A program made the translations under genes and the position numbers. Below, in pieces: positions 44,752 to 55,079 of a DNA stretch of 64,000 bases. Source of the DNA: a virus. Numbering within the stretch: position 1 is the stretch's first letter; every line of letters begins with the position of its first letter. The stretch covers positions 1 to 64,000 of IMG/VR virus record IMGVR_UViG_3300032516_000004; one strand, written 5' to 3'. The notes beneath the pieces are model-generated. The model saw only the letters and a program-made list of their open reading frames with translations. It was not told the origin of the DNA and did no database searches.

Positions 44752-46437
44752 ATGCCACAAACAAAAACACCAACAAAATCACAAATAGGTACGACTGTTG
44801 GAGCTACTGTACCTGGTATGCGTGAAGCACAAACACAAAAGGCAGTTTCCGTTATTACGCCTTCTGTACCAGAAGTTGTTGGTGAAAGCCCTAAAGAAGT
44901 CATAGATAAATTGAAGAAAGTTCAAGAGCAACAAGTTCGTGATAAGCAACAAGAAATGCAAAATATGCAAAAGCAAATTACTATGATGCAAGCTGTTACA
45001 TCTATGCGTAAACAAGCACTTATAAGAAAAGCACAAACTACGCTGTCGACACCACCACAACAGCAAAAATTGGAAGAGAATCTAGAACAGCAAGAACAGG
45101 CTGAAGAGCAAGAAATTGATGAACAGCAGCAACTAAACCTACAGAATCAGGTAGCGCAGCAACAACAGCAACAGATGCAACAGATGAATGTTGGTCAGCA
45201 GCAAATGTTGCAAAAACAATCATTTACTCATCCTGAACGAGCTGATGTGGAAATTAAACTTGGTAATTCATTGGTTTTATGTGATGTTGCAGCAACCGCA
45301 AGACAACAAGTAACAGGTTTACAAGCCTATGAGTCATTGCCTCGAGATCGTGGATTATGGTTTCCAATGTATACTAGAAGAGCCGCGTCTTTTCACATGG
45401 GCGATGTTGGATTTCCTATTGATATTGTATTTGTGGATAACAATAAAATCGCTAAGATAGTGTCTAATATTCAGCCCAATCAGATGGGGTCATGGTCAGC
45501 ACAGTGTACGGATGTCGTAGAAGTAAATGGTGGCTGGTGTGGTGAAAATCATGTGCGTGTTGGATATAAAGTGCAAACCCCCACGTCTAATAAAACAGCC
45601 TCCCGTTCCACAATAGAGCGGGCCATTAACACCTCGTGGTCAGCTCCTCAAAAGGCACGAATCAAGAGTGATAAAGATTCTGGAACATCATATGACCAGC
45701 TTCGTACTATTACGGAGGCGGAAACCACGAAAGACCCATTACTCGAGCAGATTGAAGCTCTGATACCTGAACTTAAGAAAACTGCTCAAGAAGATTATAA
45801 GGTGAAACCAGTCACCTACCGAGAACAACCTGGCGAAATTGATCGACGAAATCCCGCCGAACGTTTTCGAGATCATGATCTTCCACCGGTAAGCAGTCCA
45901 ATGGGTGAAGACGCTCCTAGCTCAGCGATTGCTGATCCTCTGAATTCTGGGGTTAGTTCTTATGATCGATCGCATTGGAAGATGCAGTTGGGGTTTGACC
46001 CACTAACTCAACCAGATACTGGAAAGTCACAACTAGAAAAGATTCAGACCGGTCGTGGTCCAACTGAAGGTGAACAGGTCGTTAGACCAGCCTCTCGACA
46101 GGCTCAAATACCTGTTAATACATCTAATGAGCTGGCCGGTGTTAATACTGAGAAACTTGCCAAAAGCTCTCTTCAGCTATATACTAACAGCCCACCTGAT
46201 TGGGGAACGACTCAAGATCCAAGAGGATACGACAAGATGGCGATCATTAACGATCAGGTGATCTCAAATTGGATCTCAAAACTAGGATTTGATGAGAAGA
46301 ACGAGTCTAAACTAAGACAGACTATGTTTACTGAGACCTACAAGCGAATGCTGGGTGACAGTCTAGTGACTGCACGCCTAGTTTCTGACTTCGACATAAT
46401 GGGTAGTGATTTACTGCTCTATCGGAGAGACCAATGA
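44752..46437 (+). CDS. Gln-rich protein with DUF192 domain
   Basis: DVA.T..Q...GL.....LP.DRGLWF...FHM..V.FPIDIVF...VVEVNGGW. Confidence 0.8.
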   Translation: MPQTKTPTKSQIGTTVGATVPGMREAQTQKAVSVITPSVPEVVGESPKEVIDKLKKVQEQQVRDKQQEMQNMQKQITMMQAVTSMRKQALIRKAQTTLSTPPQQQKLEENLEQQEQAEEQEIDEQQQLNLQNQVAQQQQQQMQQMNVGQQQMLQKQSFTHPERADVEIKLGNSLVLCDVAATARQQVTGLQAYESLPRDRGLWFPMYTRRAASFHMGDVGFPIDIVFVDNNKIAKIVSNIQPNQMGSWSAQCTDVVEVNGGWCGENHVRVGYKVQTPTSNKTASRSTIERAINTSWSAPQKARIKSDKDSGTSYDQLRTITEAETTKDPLLEQIEALIPELKKTAQEDYKVKPVTYREQPGEIDRRNPAERFRDHDLPPVSSPMGEDAPSSAIADPLNSGVSSYDRSHWKMQLGFDPLTQPDTGKSQLEKIQTGRGPTEGEQVVRPASRQAQIPVNTSNELAGVNTEKLAKSSLQLYTNSPPDWGTTQDPRGYDKMAIINDQVISNWISKLGFDEKNESKLRQTMFTETYKRMLGDSLVTARLVSDFDIMGSDLLLYRRDQ

Positions 46438-48464
46438 ATACTTATAAGAAGGCCGTTGCTGTTCGTAGACAAAAACAGTCTAAAATTAATAGTAGGATAA
46501 AGGCCGCGATGAGTGGTCTACCTTCTCATACCGCTAAACTTAATTTTGATCTTACTGATCGAGACACTAATAAAAAAATTGATGTACCTCGAAACGCTAG
46601 AATCAAAGCAATCGCTATTGTATCTGATCTATTAGATAGCTTCGGTCTACCATCTAAGGCAAAACTTAACTATTTGGGCACAGTTAAGAAGGCTACCACT
46701 AAAGATGGTGATATAAAAGATGGTATTTTAAAGGTCGGGGCTGTTATTTCCACACTACTCGGCCATAAGATTGCTATTGATGTTCCAGTTATTGTTAGAG
46801 ATAAGAGTTTACTCGAACCAGCAGTATTCTTTTATGATGGGAGTCCGTTTGTTTTATGCAAACAGGCCATTGATCAATTGATTAAACGTGGTACTTTAGA
46901 CAAGGCTATTGCAGAGCGTAGGAATTTGTACTCTCCACCACTTATGGAAAAATGGTTGGGGATTGATCATGAACCAGCTCGTACGCCCATTATCAATAAA
47001 GATCATATGTTTAACCCCGGCTCACGTAATCCATGGAAGTTCCGTCGATACTCACAGAAAAATGTAATGGTAGACTGCCCAGAATGTACGGGGGCGGGCA
47101 GTAGTTCTGCGACTCATGGCGAAGGAACCTTTGAAATTCCATGTGAGAATTGTAAGGGATCTGGAAATATCGAAGTAAATCCAAGCGACATAATTGAGGG
47201 AAAAGATACGTGGACACGTTGTCCAGATTGTGGTGAGTACACTCAACACGATCAGTGCGTGTCGTGTCAGCAGTCAGGATCTAGTGATGTTGAGGGGGCA
47301 CGTTTAAGCCCACATGCTGAAGAACAATGTAAACAGTGTGGTTATTCGATGCCAGCCAATGAAGCGGGGTGTCGCCAGTGTGGAGCACCGCGTCAAGCAT
47401 GTATTCAGAAAAAACAGGCCAAAGATAAGAAACCGCGTGAACGTACCAACATTGACACGCCGACTGAATTTCCCGAGGTGTGGAAGGGTGATCTACCACA
47501 GCAAGTTCTTGATCCGGCAGAACGTAGCCGTGAAGATCTGTTTGGGGTTGGTCAAGCGGTGAAACTTAGTGAAGATTTTGAGGCCCGTGAACGAGGTGGT
47601 GGTCAGGTCGTGGTCCCAAGCGGTGAGCGTGGTAAAGTGGTTCGTGACATGAAGGGTGATGGCCTATGTCTAATGGTTAATTTTCCGGACATGGATATAT
47701 CAGCTATTGTTCCAAAACGGTTTTTGAAATTAGCTACCCAGGAGGGTAGTAATCACCCTTTTGATAAACAGGCTAGATTAACTCCTGGAGTATATTCGAT
47801 AGTTCTACCAGATTTTCCGGAAACAGGTTGGACACTGTTCGTTGATCCGTCTGGCAATGCGGTGCTTCAATATACTAGAAAAACCGGTGCTGAGATAATT
47901 GGAAGTATTTATCCAAATCCAGTACAATCGCATCCGGGAATTGAAGATGTTATTGCCGCCGCCATTGAAACTAATAAAGACGAAATGGTTGAGTCCGTAG
48001 CGGATATGCAGCAATATATTAATAGTGCTGGCATTAAATATGATTTAGAATCTGAGTTTAATGAACAAACTCAGCTGCGTGAGCAAGAGTATGGTGGTGA
48101 TAAAGAGGGCATCAGTGAACGAGAACTCGAAAATCCTTGGGTAACTTCCGGCGAGCCGTCGCACGAACCAGAAATTAAATCAAAGTGCCAGTGGTGTTTA
48201 TCAGAAATGGAAGAAACTGCTGGTACGGCCCAAGGTGAGGTTATCTGCCAGAAATGCGTTGAGTGGGCAAAAGCAAATCCAGGAGAGTGTACTCCTGAGC
48301 AATTAAAAGATCTTGGAGCTACCAGAACAGCCGCTACCACTGAACAGGTAAAGCACGAAATTCGTGAAATGCTCCGTGAGGGATATACCCCTGTAGACAT
48401 TATAGCTGCTGTAAAGGAAAAATATCCAGAGCACGCAGTAGAGGTTCTTAAGAATCTCAGTTAA
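46434..48464 (+). CDS. head-module protein with DnaJ-type CxxCxGxG zinc fingers and Zn ribbons
   Basis: CPECTGAG, CENCKGSG, CPDCG, CKQCG, CRQCG, CQWC/CQKC. Confidence 0.7.
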   Translation: MNTYKKAVAVRRQKQSKINSRIKAAMSGLPSHTAKLNFDLTDRDTNKKIDVPRNARIKAIAIVSDLLDSFGLPSKAKLNYLGTVKKATTKDGDIKDGILKVGAVISTLLGHKIAIDVPVIVRDKSLLEPAVFFYDGSPFVLCKQAIDQLIKRGTLDKAIAERRNLYSPPLMEKWLGIDHEPARTPIINKDHMFNPGSRNPWKFRRYSQKNVMVDCPECTGAGSSSATHGEGTFEIPCENCKGSGNIEVNPSDIIEGKDTWTRCPDCGEYTQHDQCVSCQQSGSSDVEGARLSPHAEEQCKQCGYSMPANEAGCRQCGAPRQACIQKKQAKDKKPRERTNIDTPTEFPEVWKGDLPQQVLDPAERSREDLFGVGQAVKLSEDFEARERGGGQVVVPSGERGKVVRDMKGDGLCLMVNFPDMDISAIVPKRFLKLATQEGSNHPFDKQARLTPGVYSIVLPDFPETGWTLFVDPSGNAVLQYTRKTGAEIIGSIYPNPVQSHPGIEDVIAAAIETNKDEMVESVADMQQYINSAGIKYDLESEFNEQTQLREQEYGGDKEGISERELENPWVTSGEPSHEPEIKSKCQWCLSEMEETAGTAQGEVICQKCVEWAKANPGECTPEQLKDLGATRTAATTEQVKHEIREMLREGYTPVDIIAAVKEKYPEHAVEVLKNLS

Positions 48465-48471
48465 CCCCTCA

Positions 48472-48819
48472 TTGAGGGAGGCTTATAAGGAGCTTACTAT
48501 GAAACTTTGGGTTATTGTAGATCACATTGGACGACAGTTCTTAGGTAAAGTAACTAACGAAAATGATGATATTCTAACTATAGAAGAACCAATATTAATA
48601 ATGGAGATCATTCAACCGCCGAAGGTTGATTTACAAGTGCAGCCAATCTGTCATACATTTGATGTTCCATCTATTGAGGTTCGTTGGGTTTCAAGATTTC
48701 CTGCAAATGAAAAATTAGCCACACTATATGAAAAATTCACAGAGCAGATGCGGGCTAAGCGTGCTGGTATAGAAATCGCCTCAACAATCCCCAAGGGATT
48801 GCAGCTGGTGAGACATTGA
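48472..48819 (+). CDS. small beta-barrel (Sm-like) protein
   Basis: G.QFLGKV..E.DD.LTIEEP pattern; AGGAG RBS before MKLW. Confidence 0.5.
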   Translation: MREAYKELTMKLWVIVDHIGRQFLGKVTNENDDILTIEEPILIMEIIQPPKVDLQVQPICHTFDVPSIEVRWVSRFPANEKLATLYEKFTEQMRAKRAGIEIASTIPKGLQLVRH

Positions 48820-50849
48820 GCCAAGTGATTGAGACCGATGACTTTATGTCATCCATTCAATCGATTGTTTCGCCATTAACAAGTAAGGTGAGGGCTCAGG
48901 TTTATGATTCTGAATTAGAATATCTTAAGATACCTGCTCCAAATATTATCGAGTTCGTCGCTGAGCCGCAATATCTTAATATACCATCTATTTGGAAGTA
49001 TACACGCCAATATCAGGTGCTTAGAGATTTTTTCCAAGTTAGATGTCCAATTTGTAATTCACAAAAACCAGAAACAATAGACTGTTGGGGTAAAGGCAAG
49101 GAATACCTACAATCAGAAACATTATTAGTATGGTCTATTAAAGACAATGATGATGTTTGTCCAAAGTGTGGCTTGACGCGACATGAATTATTAGAAGATA
49201 AAATAGTAGATAAATATAACCAGCTTCATGGTATTACTGGGATGCGAGCTGGTAAAACTGCTACTATTGCTATGATGGGAGCATATACTGAACACCGACT
49301 AATTACTCTTGGAATGAGTCAACCAGATGGTCGTTTAGCCACATATTTTGGTTTGTTGTCCAAACAACCATATGAGGTTACATATATTGCCTCCACGGAG
49401 GTACAGTCAAATGACACTATATGGGCATATTATCGTAGCATGCGTTTTGATTCTCCTTGGCTTAGACGTTATGTTGAATGGGTTAAAGGCAAGGAAAAAA
49501 CGCAAGATACTCCAATTGGCATGGAAGGATGGAAATATCAGGAAACAAACAAAGAAATTGAAAATGGACATTTGGGAGTAAAATTTAATTCCAAGAACTC
49601 TAACTCCTCTGGTCTCGCGGGTCGTACTCGTATTGGGTCTTTTATTGATGAGCTGTCTCGATTTAAACAGACCGAATCATCAATGAGTGCTGAAGAAGCA
49701 TACCGAGTTATGGAGAATTCACTTAGAACAGTACGATCTGCTGTTATGAATCGTGGTTTATTAAATTGGCTTGGAACAATGGTATCAATTTCATCGCCAA
49801 TGTCGGTTGATGATAAAGGAATGGAGTTATTATATCAATCTACACATATTAAAGGTATGTATGCATTCCACTACGCGACCTGGGATTTTAATCCGGACGA
49901 AAAACGTGAATATTATGACGAAGCATATGAGAAGGATCCAGTAGGCACGGAACGTGACTTTGGAGCTAAGCCACCACTATCTGCTAATCCACTAGTTATT
50001 GATCCCACCAAATTTAAGTCTCGGGCCATTGATGAAACTTTGGTTCCGACCGCTAAGATAGAAATTATTCCGTTTACTGATAAAACCGGGCAACGATATC
50101 ACCGGGCACAGATGACTGAATGTAAGTTGCTTCGTGACGTACCTCGCTATTTGGTATTTGATGCTGGACAAAACTTTGACTCGTTTGCGGGTGCCTGTGG
50201 CCATATTGAAATCAAAGAGCTGCCCGATGGTAATCAAGAATTTATCACGGTAGTAGACTGGGTATTGAAAATTCTTCCATCTAATGATATGGAAGTGTGG
50301 TTTGATTCAGCGGTTGATTTGGTTGACTTTCAAATAAAACATCAGAAGATTGCTGGGGTTGAATTTGATCGCTGGAATAGTGTTACCCTAATACAACAAA
50401 TTCGTAACCTTGGGGTTAGTGCAGAACAGAAATCTATTAAAGTTCCTGACTATGTGAAGTTTGTGGCTGATAGTATAATGGGCCGGGTTCGTATGTTACC
50501 TCCCTTAGAAGAAGATGAGGCTCTAGAACCACCCTTTAAATCACCCTCGGCAACTGCTATTTATGAGTTGACTAAGCTCGAGCGATCGATTGATGACCGA
50601 AAAGTGTATAATGCCGCTAAGGGAAAGCGTAGAGGTTATAATTCGGATGACGTAGCGGTTTGCATGGTACATCTTCATGCAATGGTTCAAGGATCGCAGA
50701 TTTTACCAAGTGGTATAAAAATACGCTCACGTGCAAATCGTCTTAAAAGTGAGACCGTTGGATCTCAAAGTTACCAAATGAATAATATGGGGACAATTTT
50801 TAGCCCGACTCGTTTAGGATTAAAAACTGTTTCCGGGAGAAGATGGTAA
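48816..50849 (+). CDS. terL: terminase large subunit
   Basis: Walker A GMRAGKT, Walker B FIDE, coupling ISS, nuclease LVFDAG / EFDRWNS / SDD; Zn-ribbon insert CPIC...CPKC. Confidence 0.9.
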   Translation: MSQVIETDDFMSSIQSIVSPLTSKVRAQVYDSELEYLKIPAPNIIEFVAEPQYLNIPSIWKYTRQYQVLRDFFQVRCPICNSQKPETIDCWGKGKEYLQSETLLVWSIKDNDDVCPKCGLTRHELLEDKIVDKYNQLHGITGMRAGKTATIAMMGAYTEHRLITLGMSQPDGRLATYFGLLSKQPYEVTYIASTEVQSNDTIWAYYRSMRFDSPWLRRYVEWVKGKEKTQDTPIGMEGWKYQETNKEIENGHLGVKFNSKNSNSSGLAGRTRIGSFIDELSRFKQTESSMSAEEAYRVMENSLRTVRSAVMNRGLLNWLGTMVSISSPMSVDDKGMELLYQSTHIKGMYAFHYATWDFNPDEKREYYDEAYEKDPVGTERDFGAKPPLSANPLVIDPTKFKSRAIDETLVPTAKIEIIPFTDKTGQRYHRAQMTECKLLRDVPRYLVFDAGQNFDSFAGACGHIEIKELPDGNQEFITVVDWVLKILPSNDMEVWFDSAVDLVDFQIKHQKIAGVEFDRWNSVTLIQQIRNLGVSAEQKSIKVPDYVKFVADSIMGRVRMLPPLEEDEALEPPFKSPSATAIYELTKLERSIDDRKVYNAAKGKRRGYNSDDVAVCMVHLHAMVQGSQILPSGIKIRSRANRLKSETVGSQSYQMNNMGTIFSPTRLGLKTVSGRRW

Positions 50850-51874
50850 TGCTTGCTGAGCACCCAACTAAAAAATGTACAAAATGTGGTATTAGAAACC
50901 GTCAAATTGCCAGAAGTGGTAAAGTTAAGCTATTATGTGCTATGTGTCTTAGTATAAGAAATAAAGAGTATAAAATAAGTCATCCTGAATCAGTAGCTTT
51001 CTCACAAAAAAAGAGAACTGAAAAAAAACGAGTCGCTAGAGAAATTACAATTTGTATTAGATGTAAAATAAAGCCAAGGCGATACCAAGCTGGTAATTGT
51101 AAATATTGTGAAGAATGTCATAGGGAAGTTAATATAGAAAATAAAAGACGATCAAGTCAAAAACCGGCAACGAAGGCGCATAAAAAACATTATAGAGACG
51201 TACATCGCAAACCAAAAATAGAGCATAAACCTAATTCTATGTGTAGTAAATGTAGGGTACGACCACGAGCGTCCATTAAAAAGGTATGGTGTAAAGAATG
51301 TACACATGAATATAATCAAAATTATAATAAAACACATACTGTAGAAATTAAGCTTAAACGTGCTATATCAAGAAATAGTGATAAAGTTCGAGCACAAAAA
51401 CGCGCTTGGAGCTGTACACCTAAGGGACGAGCATACATTGAGAAACGTAAAACTTTGGGAAGAGCAGCTGAATCTGATCGTAATTATCGTCAACGCCATC
51501 CGGATAAGATTCGTGCTAAAAACCGACGTTTAGCACCAAGATATAGACAAAAACCTAAACAAAAACTACGAAGAAATTTACGAAATAGATTGTGGTATGT
51601 TCTTAAAGGTGGGTTAAAGGTTGGATCTGCAGTAAGAGATCTTGGATGTTCTATTGAATTTCTTAAGCATCATCTCGAGACTCAATTCCAACCAGGCATG
51701 ACATGGGATAATTATGGTGGAACCATTAATAACTGGTGTGTTGATCACATTATACCACTTTCCAGTTTTGATTTAACTGATCGAGAACAATTTCTCAAAG
51801 CCTGTCACTATAGTAACCTTCAACCGATGTGGTTTTCCGATAATTCTAGAAAGTGTAATCGTTTGGATTATTAA
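50843..51874 (+). mobile_element. free-standing HNH homing endonuclease with Cys-rich repeats
   Basis: LGCS..FL..HLE.QF..GMTWDNYG...W.VDHIIPLSSFDL...HYSNLQP.W..DN.RK. Confidence 0.85.
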
Positions 51875-51876
51875 GT

Positions 51877-54282
51877 ATGAAACGAAAGCGCATAAGCTGG
51901 ATTGGTAGTGATATTAGAAAGCGTAAAGCCTTAAGCAAAGCTCTTAAGGTAGTTCTCAATACCAGCGATAAGAATTCAGACGTAAACATCGTTGATATGC
52001 CTACAGACGGCCAGGCATCGGGCTGTCATCAGTTGTCGGTTCCCGCCAAATTCCCAGCTGGTGAGGAAGATAGTAATCCCGATACCGCAATTGAGACATC
52101 ATATCATATGCCTAGACAAGCATCCGAACCTCGTAATCGATGTGGATGCTGTGGTCGTGCTGCTATTGAACAAGTAGGTTCACACCATGTATGTAATGGG
52201 GGTAAATGTTGGATTTGGGCCAAAGCCCAGCTTAATAAGACTGCCGAATTTGGTCAGGGTCTTACCCAATTAACTACCGAGCAGGAGACTGGTAAGGTCA
52301 AACAAAAACTTACCGAACCAGCTCGATGGAATGAATCTTATCACGACGATAACCAATTTGAAGACAAAGACTTAAAGCTTGGGGAATCTGAACCCGACGA
52401 CACTGATCCCTTGTCTTCCTCTGTCTATCCCCCATATACGGATGGTATTGGGCAACCAAATCCTAGATATGAGGATGCTAGCCCTAAGCAACGGAATATT
52501 ATTTTACATGCAGCCGAAGACCAAGAAGCGATTGATCCTAACCAGGGACCCCGACAATTCTGGGTCGCAGTTGACCTCGACGGCACCATCCTCGAGCCCC
52601 CGACCAATGGGATATATCAAGATCCGAGTGGCCAGCATTGCTTTGGAAACCCACTTCCTGGAGCAAGAGAAGCGCTCCAAAAATTAGTGGATCAGGGGAT
52701 TAGGATATCAATATATACTGCCCGACAATATTTTACCCACAATGATGCGGAAGAGAATGTCTTGAGGGATGCCGTTAAAGAAGTTCTGGACCAACACCAA
52801 ATTCACTATTCTGATATATATATGGGCAAGAAATTACCAGCTCATTGCTATGTAGATGATCGCAATATATCGTTTGATGGTGACTGGGAAGATGCACTAG
52901 AAAATATCTTGAGTAGAATGGATAAGGTGGCGTCAGGTGAGATCACGATTGATGATATTGAACTAATCTATGAATATTATTACAAGATTTCTAGGTTAGA
53001 AGACAAGAAAGTAGAAGAAGGTCTTAGTGAAGAAGGTGCCGCTAACATCAGGGAAATATCCGTCGTATTGTCTAAACTTCTTAAATTAGCGATAGACTTC
53101 ATGAAGAACAAGGTATATATTCCTTGGATGAAGTCAACCTCAGCCCCTGATCAAACCGCGATTCCTGCGGTTAATGCGGCGCGTCATCAGGTCGCGGCAA
53201 CCCTTAGAGAGTTAACGCCAACTGGAAATGTACATCGAGACATGGCAATTTTTAGTCAGGCGTTAAACACCGCACATTCGAGTGGATCGATGATGGATTT
53301 TTTGAGTCACTGGTACAATATCAATCCCGAAATGTTATCAGCGCTCACCAGTGGTGAAGGATATACGGATCGATGGGATCGTGATATCAAAAGAATCGCT
53401 GGTGAAGATTTCGGAATTCACGATATTGAAATGATCTATGAGATGTTTTATAAAATATCTAAATTAGAGGATCAACAAACTGAAAAGGGTATATCAGAAC
53501 GTGGTGCCGCGACATTAACTGAAATGAAGTCAATACTGAGCCAACTATTACGTAAAGCCATTGTGTTTTTGCGAGACGGGGTTTATGGTCGATGGCTCGA
53601 GACCCGTGGTCGAGAAGCCACAGATCGTTTAGTGGTCGATAGAATCCAGACAGTAGCCAAAACGCTGGTTCCATCAGGCGATATTAATCGGGACATTATA
53701 TTATTTGGTAATGCCCTGAATGTAGTACACCAAACTGGCCCTATGGTAGAATTCGTGGAACGATGGTATAGAATTAGTGCCCTGGCACTTGAGGGCCTAT
53801 CACTTGGCCGTGGATACACTGATAGGTGGGATCGAGAAATTAAGCGTATAGCTGAAGACGACAAGGTTAAGGATCAGGTAAATTATCGGGGAATTAAGAT
53901 CGATATTGAGTGGCCCAAGGGTTCTATCCGGTCATATGAAGGCGACGACACTTATGTAACGCACATGCTAGCTTCATATGGTTACATCCGGAATGTACAA
54001 GGTGTTGATTCTGATAGCCTTGACGTATATCTTGGTGATAAAGATTCTGATAAGGTTTTTATTGTTGAACAGTTGGATGCTGATGGAAATTTTGATGAAC
54101 AAAAACTAATGATTGGATTTGATTCAGAAGAGGAAGCAGCAGGCATGTATTTAGAGCATCTTCCAGCTTACATGCTCGGGGACATAAGTGAAATTCCATT
54201 AGATAAATTAGTAAATGCTCTATATGGTGAACCAGAGGATCGTAGAGGAGATTTAGATCTGGTCCCATCGGAGGAGCAATGA
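51877..54282 (+). CDS. polyvalent protein: HAD phosphatase + two ~150-aa repeats + InPase (pyrophosphatase-like) domain
   Basis: WVAVDLDGTI...SIYTAR...K..A..YVDD (HAD); repeats 52933-53400 and 53401-53853; YRGIKIDIEWPKGSIR..YGYI..D.D.LDVYLG..EQK.MIGFDS.EEA. Confidence 0.8.
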   Translation: MKRKRISWIGSDIRKRKALSKALKVVLNTSDKNSDVNIVDMPTDGQASGCHQLSVPAKFPAGEEDSNPDTAIETSYHMPRQASEPRNRCGCCGRAAIEQVGSHHVCNGGKCWIWAKAQLNKTAEFGQGLTQLTTEQETGKVKQKLTEPARWNESYHDDNQFEDKDLKLGESEPDDTDPLSSSVYPPYTDGIGQPNPRYEDASPKQRNIILHAAEDQEAIDPNQGPRQFWVAVDLDGTILEPPTNGIYQDPSGQHCFGNPLPGAREALQKLVDQGIRISIYTARQYFTHNDAEENVLRDAVKEVLDQHQIHYSDIYMGKKLPAHCYVDDRNISFDGDWEDALENILSRMDKVASGEITIDDIELIYEYYYKISRLEDKKVEEGLSEEGAANIREISVVLSKLLKLAIDFMKNKVYIPWMKSTSAPDQTAIPAVNAARHQVAATLRELTPTGNVHRDMAIFSQALNTAHSSGSMMDFLSHWYNINPEMLSALTSGEGYTDRWDRDIKRIAGEDFGIHDIEMIYEMFYKISKLEDQQTEKGISERGAATLTEMKSILSQLLRKAIVFLRDGVYGRWLETRGREATDRLVVDRIQTVAKTLVPSGDINRDIILFGNALNVVHQTGPMVEFVERWYRISALALEGLSLGRGYTDRWDREIKRIAEDDKVKDQVNYRGIKIDIEWPKGSIRSYEGDDTYVTHMLASYGYIRNVQGVDSDSLDVYLGDKDSDKVFIVEQLDADGNFDEQKLMIGFDSEEEAAGMYLEHLPAYMLGDISEIPLDKLVNALYGEPEDRRGDLDLVPSEEQ

Positions 54283-55079
54283 AACGCTATAAATGTACTA
54301 AATGCAATAAGTATAAAATAAGAAGCGCCTATGGTACCAGACGTGGTACTAGTAAATCCATGCGTAGGAAAGTATGTAAGGTTTGTATACAAAAACGTAA
54401 GAAAGAATTACTAAAGGACCCGATTCGACATCAGAAGCATTGTCAATCGCAACATAAGTACTATATAAGCCATAAGGAAAAGATAAACGCAAAACACAAT
54501 CAATACCACGAAGATCATGCTGAAGAGGTGTGCACTAGAACTAAAAGAAATTATAATAAAAATAAAGCTAGACGTAAAATTACGTCTGCTGCTAAATATT
54601 TACGCAACAAAAAACATATTTTATTAAAACAAAGAGAATGGGCTTTAAAAAATCCTGATAAGCGAAATGCGTCGTCCCGCAGATGGAGAGCTAAACATCC
54701 TGAAAAGGCTAAAGCCACACATGAAGCGTGGTTTAAAAAACACCTCGGTAAACGTCGTGAATATGATCGTAAGAAGCGTATTCAACGTTCAAGTATGAAA
54801 ATACATGTTAATGAAAATTTCACAGCTGAAGATGAGGCGGTTGTATTTAAAGTATTCAAATATCGTTGTTTCCATTGTGGGACTACTAAACATTTAACGT
54901 TAGATCATTTTTACCCGTTATCTAAAGGACACCCACTAGAATTGGGAAATGCCATAATTTTATGTCGATCTTGTAATGCGTCTAAACACAATAAAGATCC
55001 GGGAGAATTTTTTGCTAAATTTGAAATGAAATCGGTCCGTAAATTAATGACTAAAACATTGAGGTTAGCACATGCATAA
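54279..55079 (+). mobile_element. HNH homing endonuclease
   Basis: CFHCG..K.LTLDHFYPLSKG.......AI.LCRSCNASKH. Confidence 0.9.

Noticed and set aside
44900-45220. CAG/CAA-rich stretch as a DNA repeat element
   Set aside because: Explained by a Gln-rich coiled-coil region of the DUF192 protein
54279-55079. Group I intron carrying the HNH
   Set aside because: Almost no non-coding flank for intron core helices; the flanking peptide is duplicated rather than interrupted, and both flanking ORFs have their own stop/start
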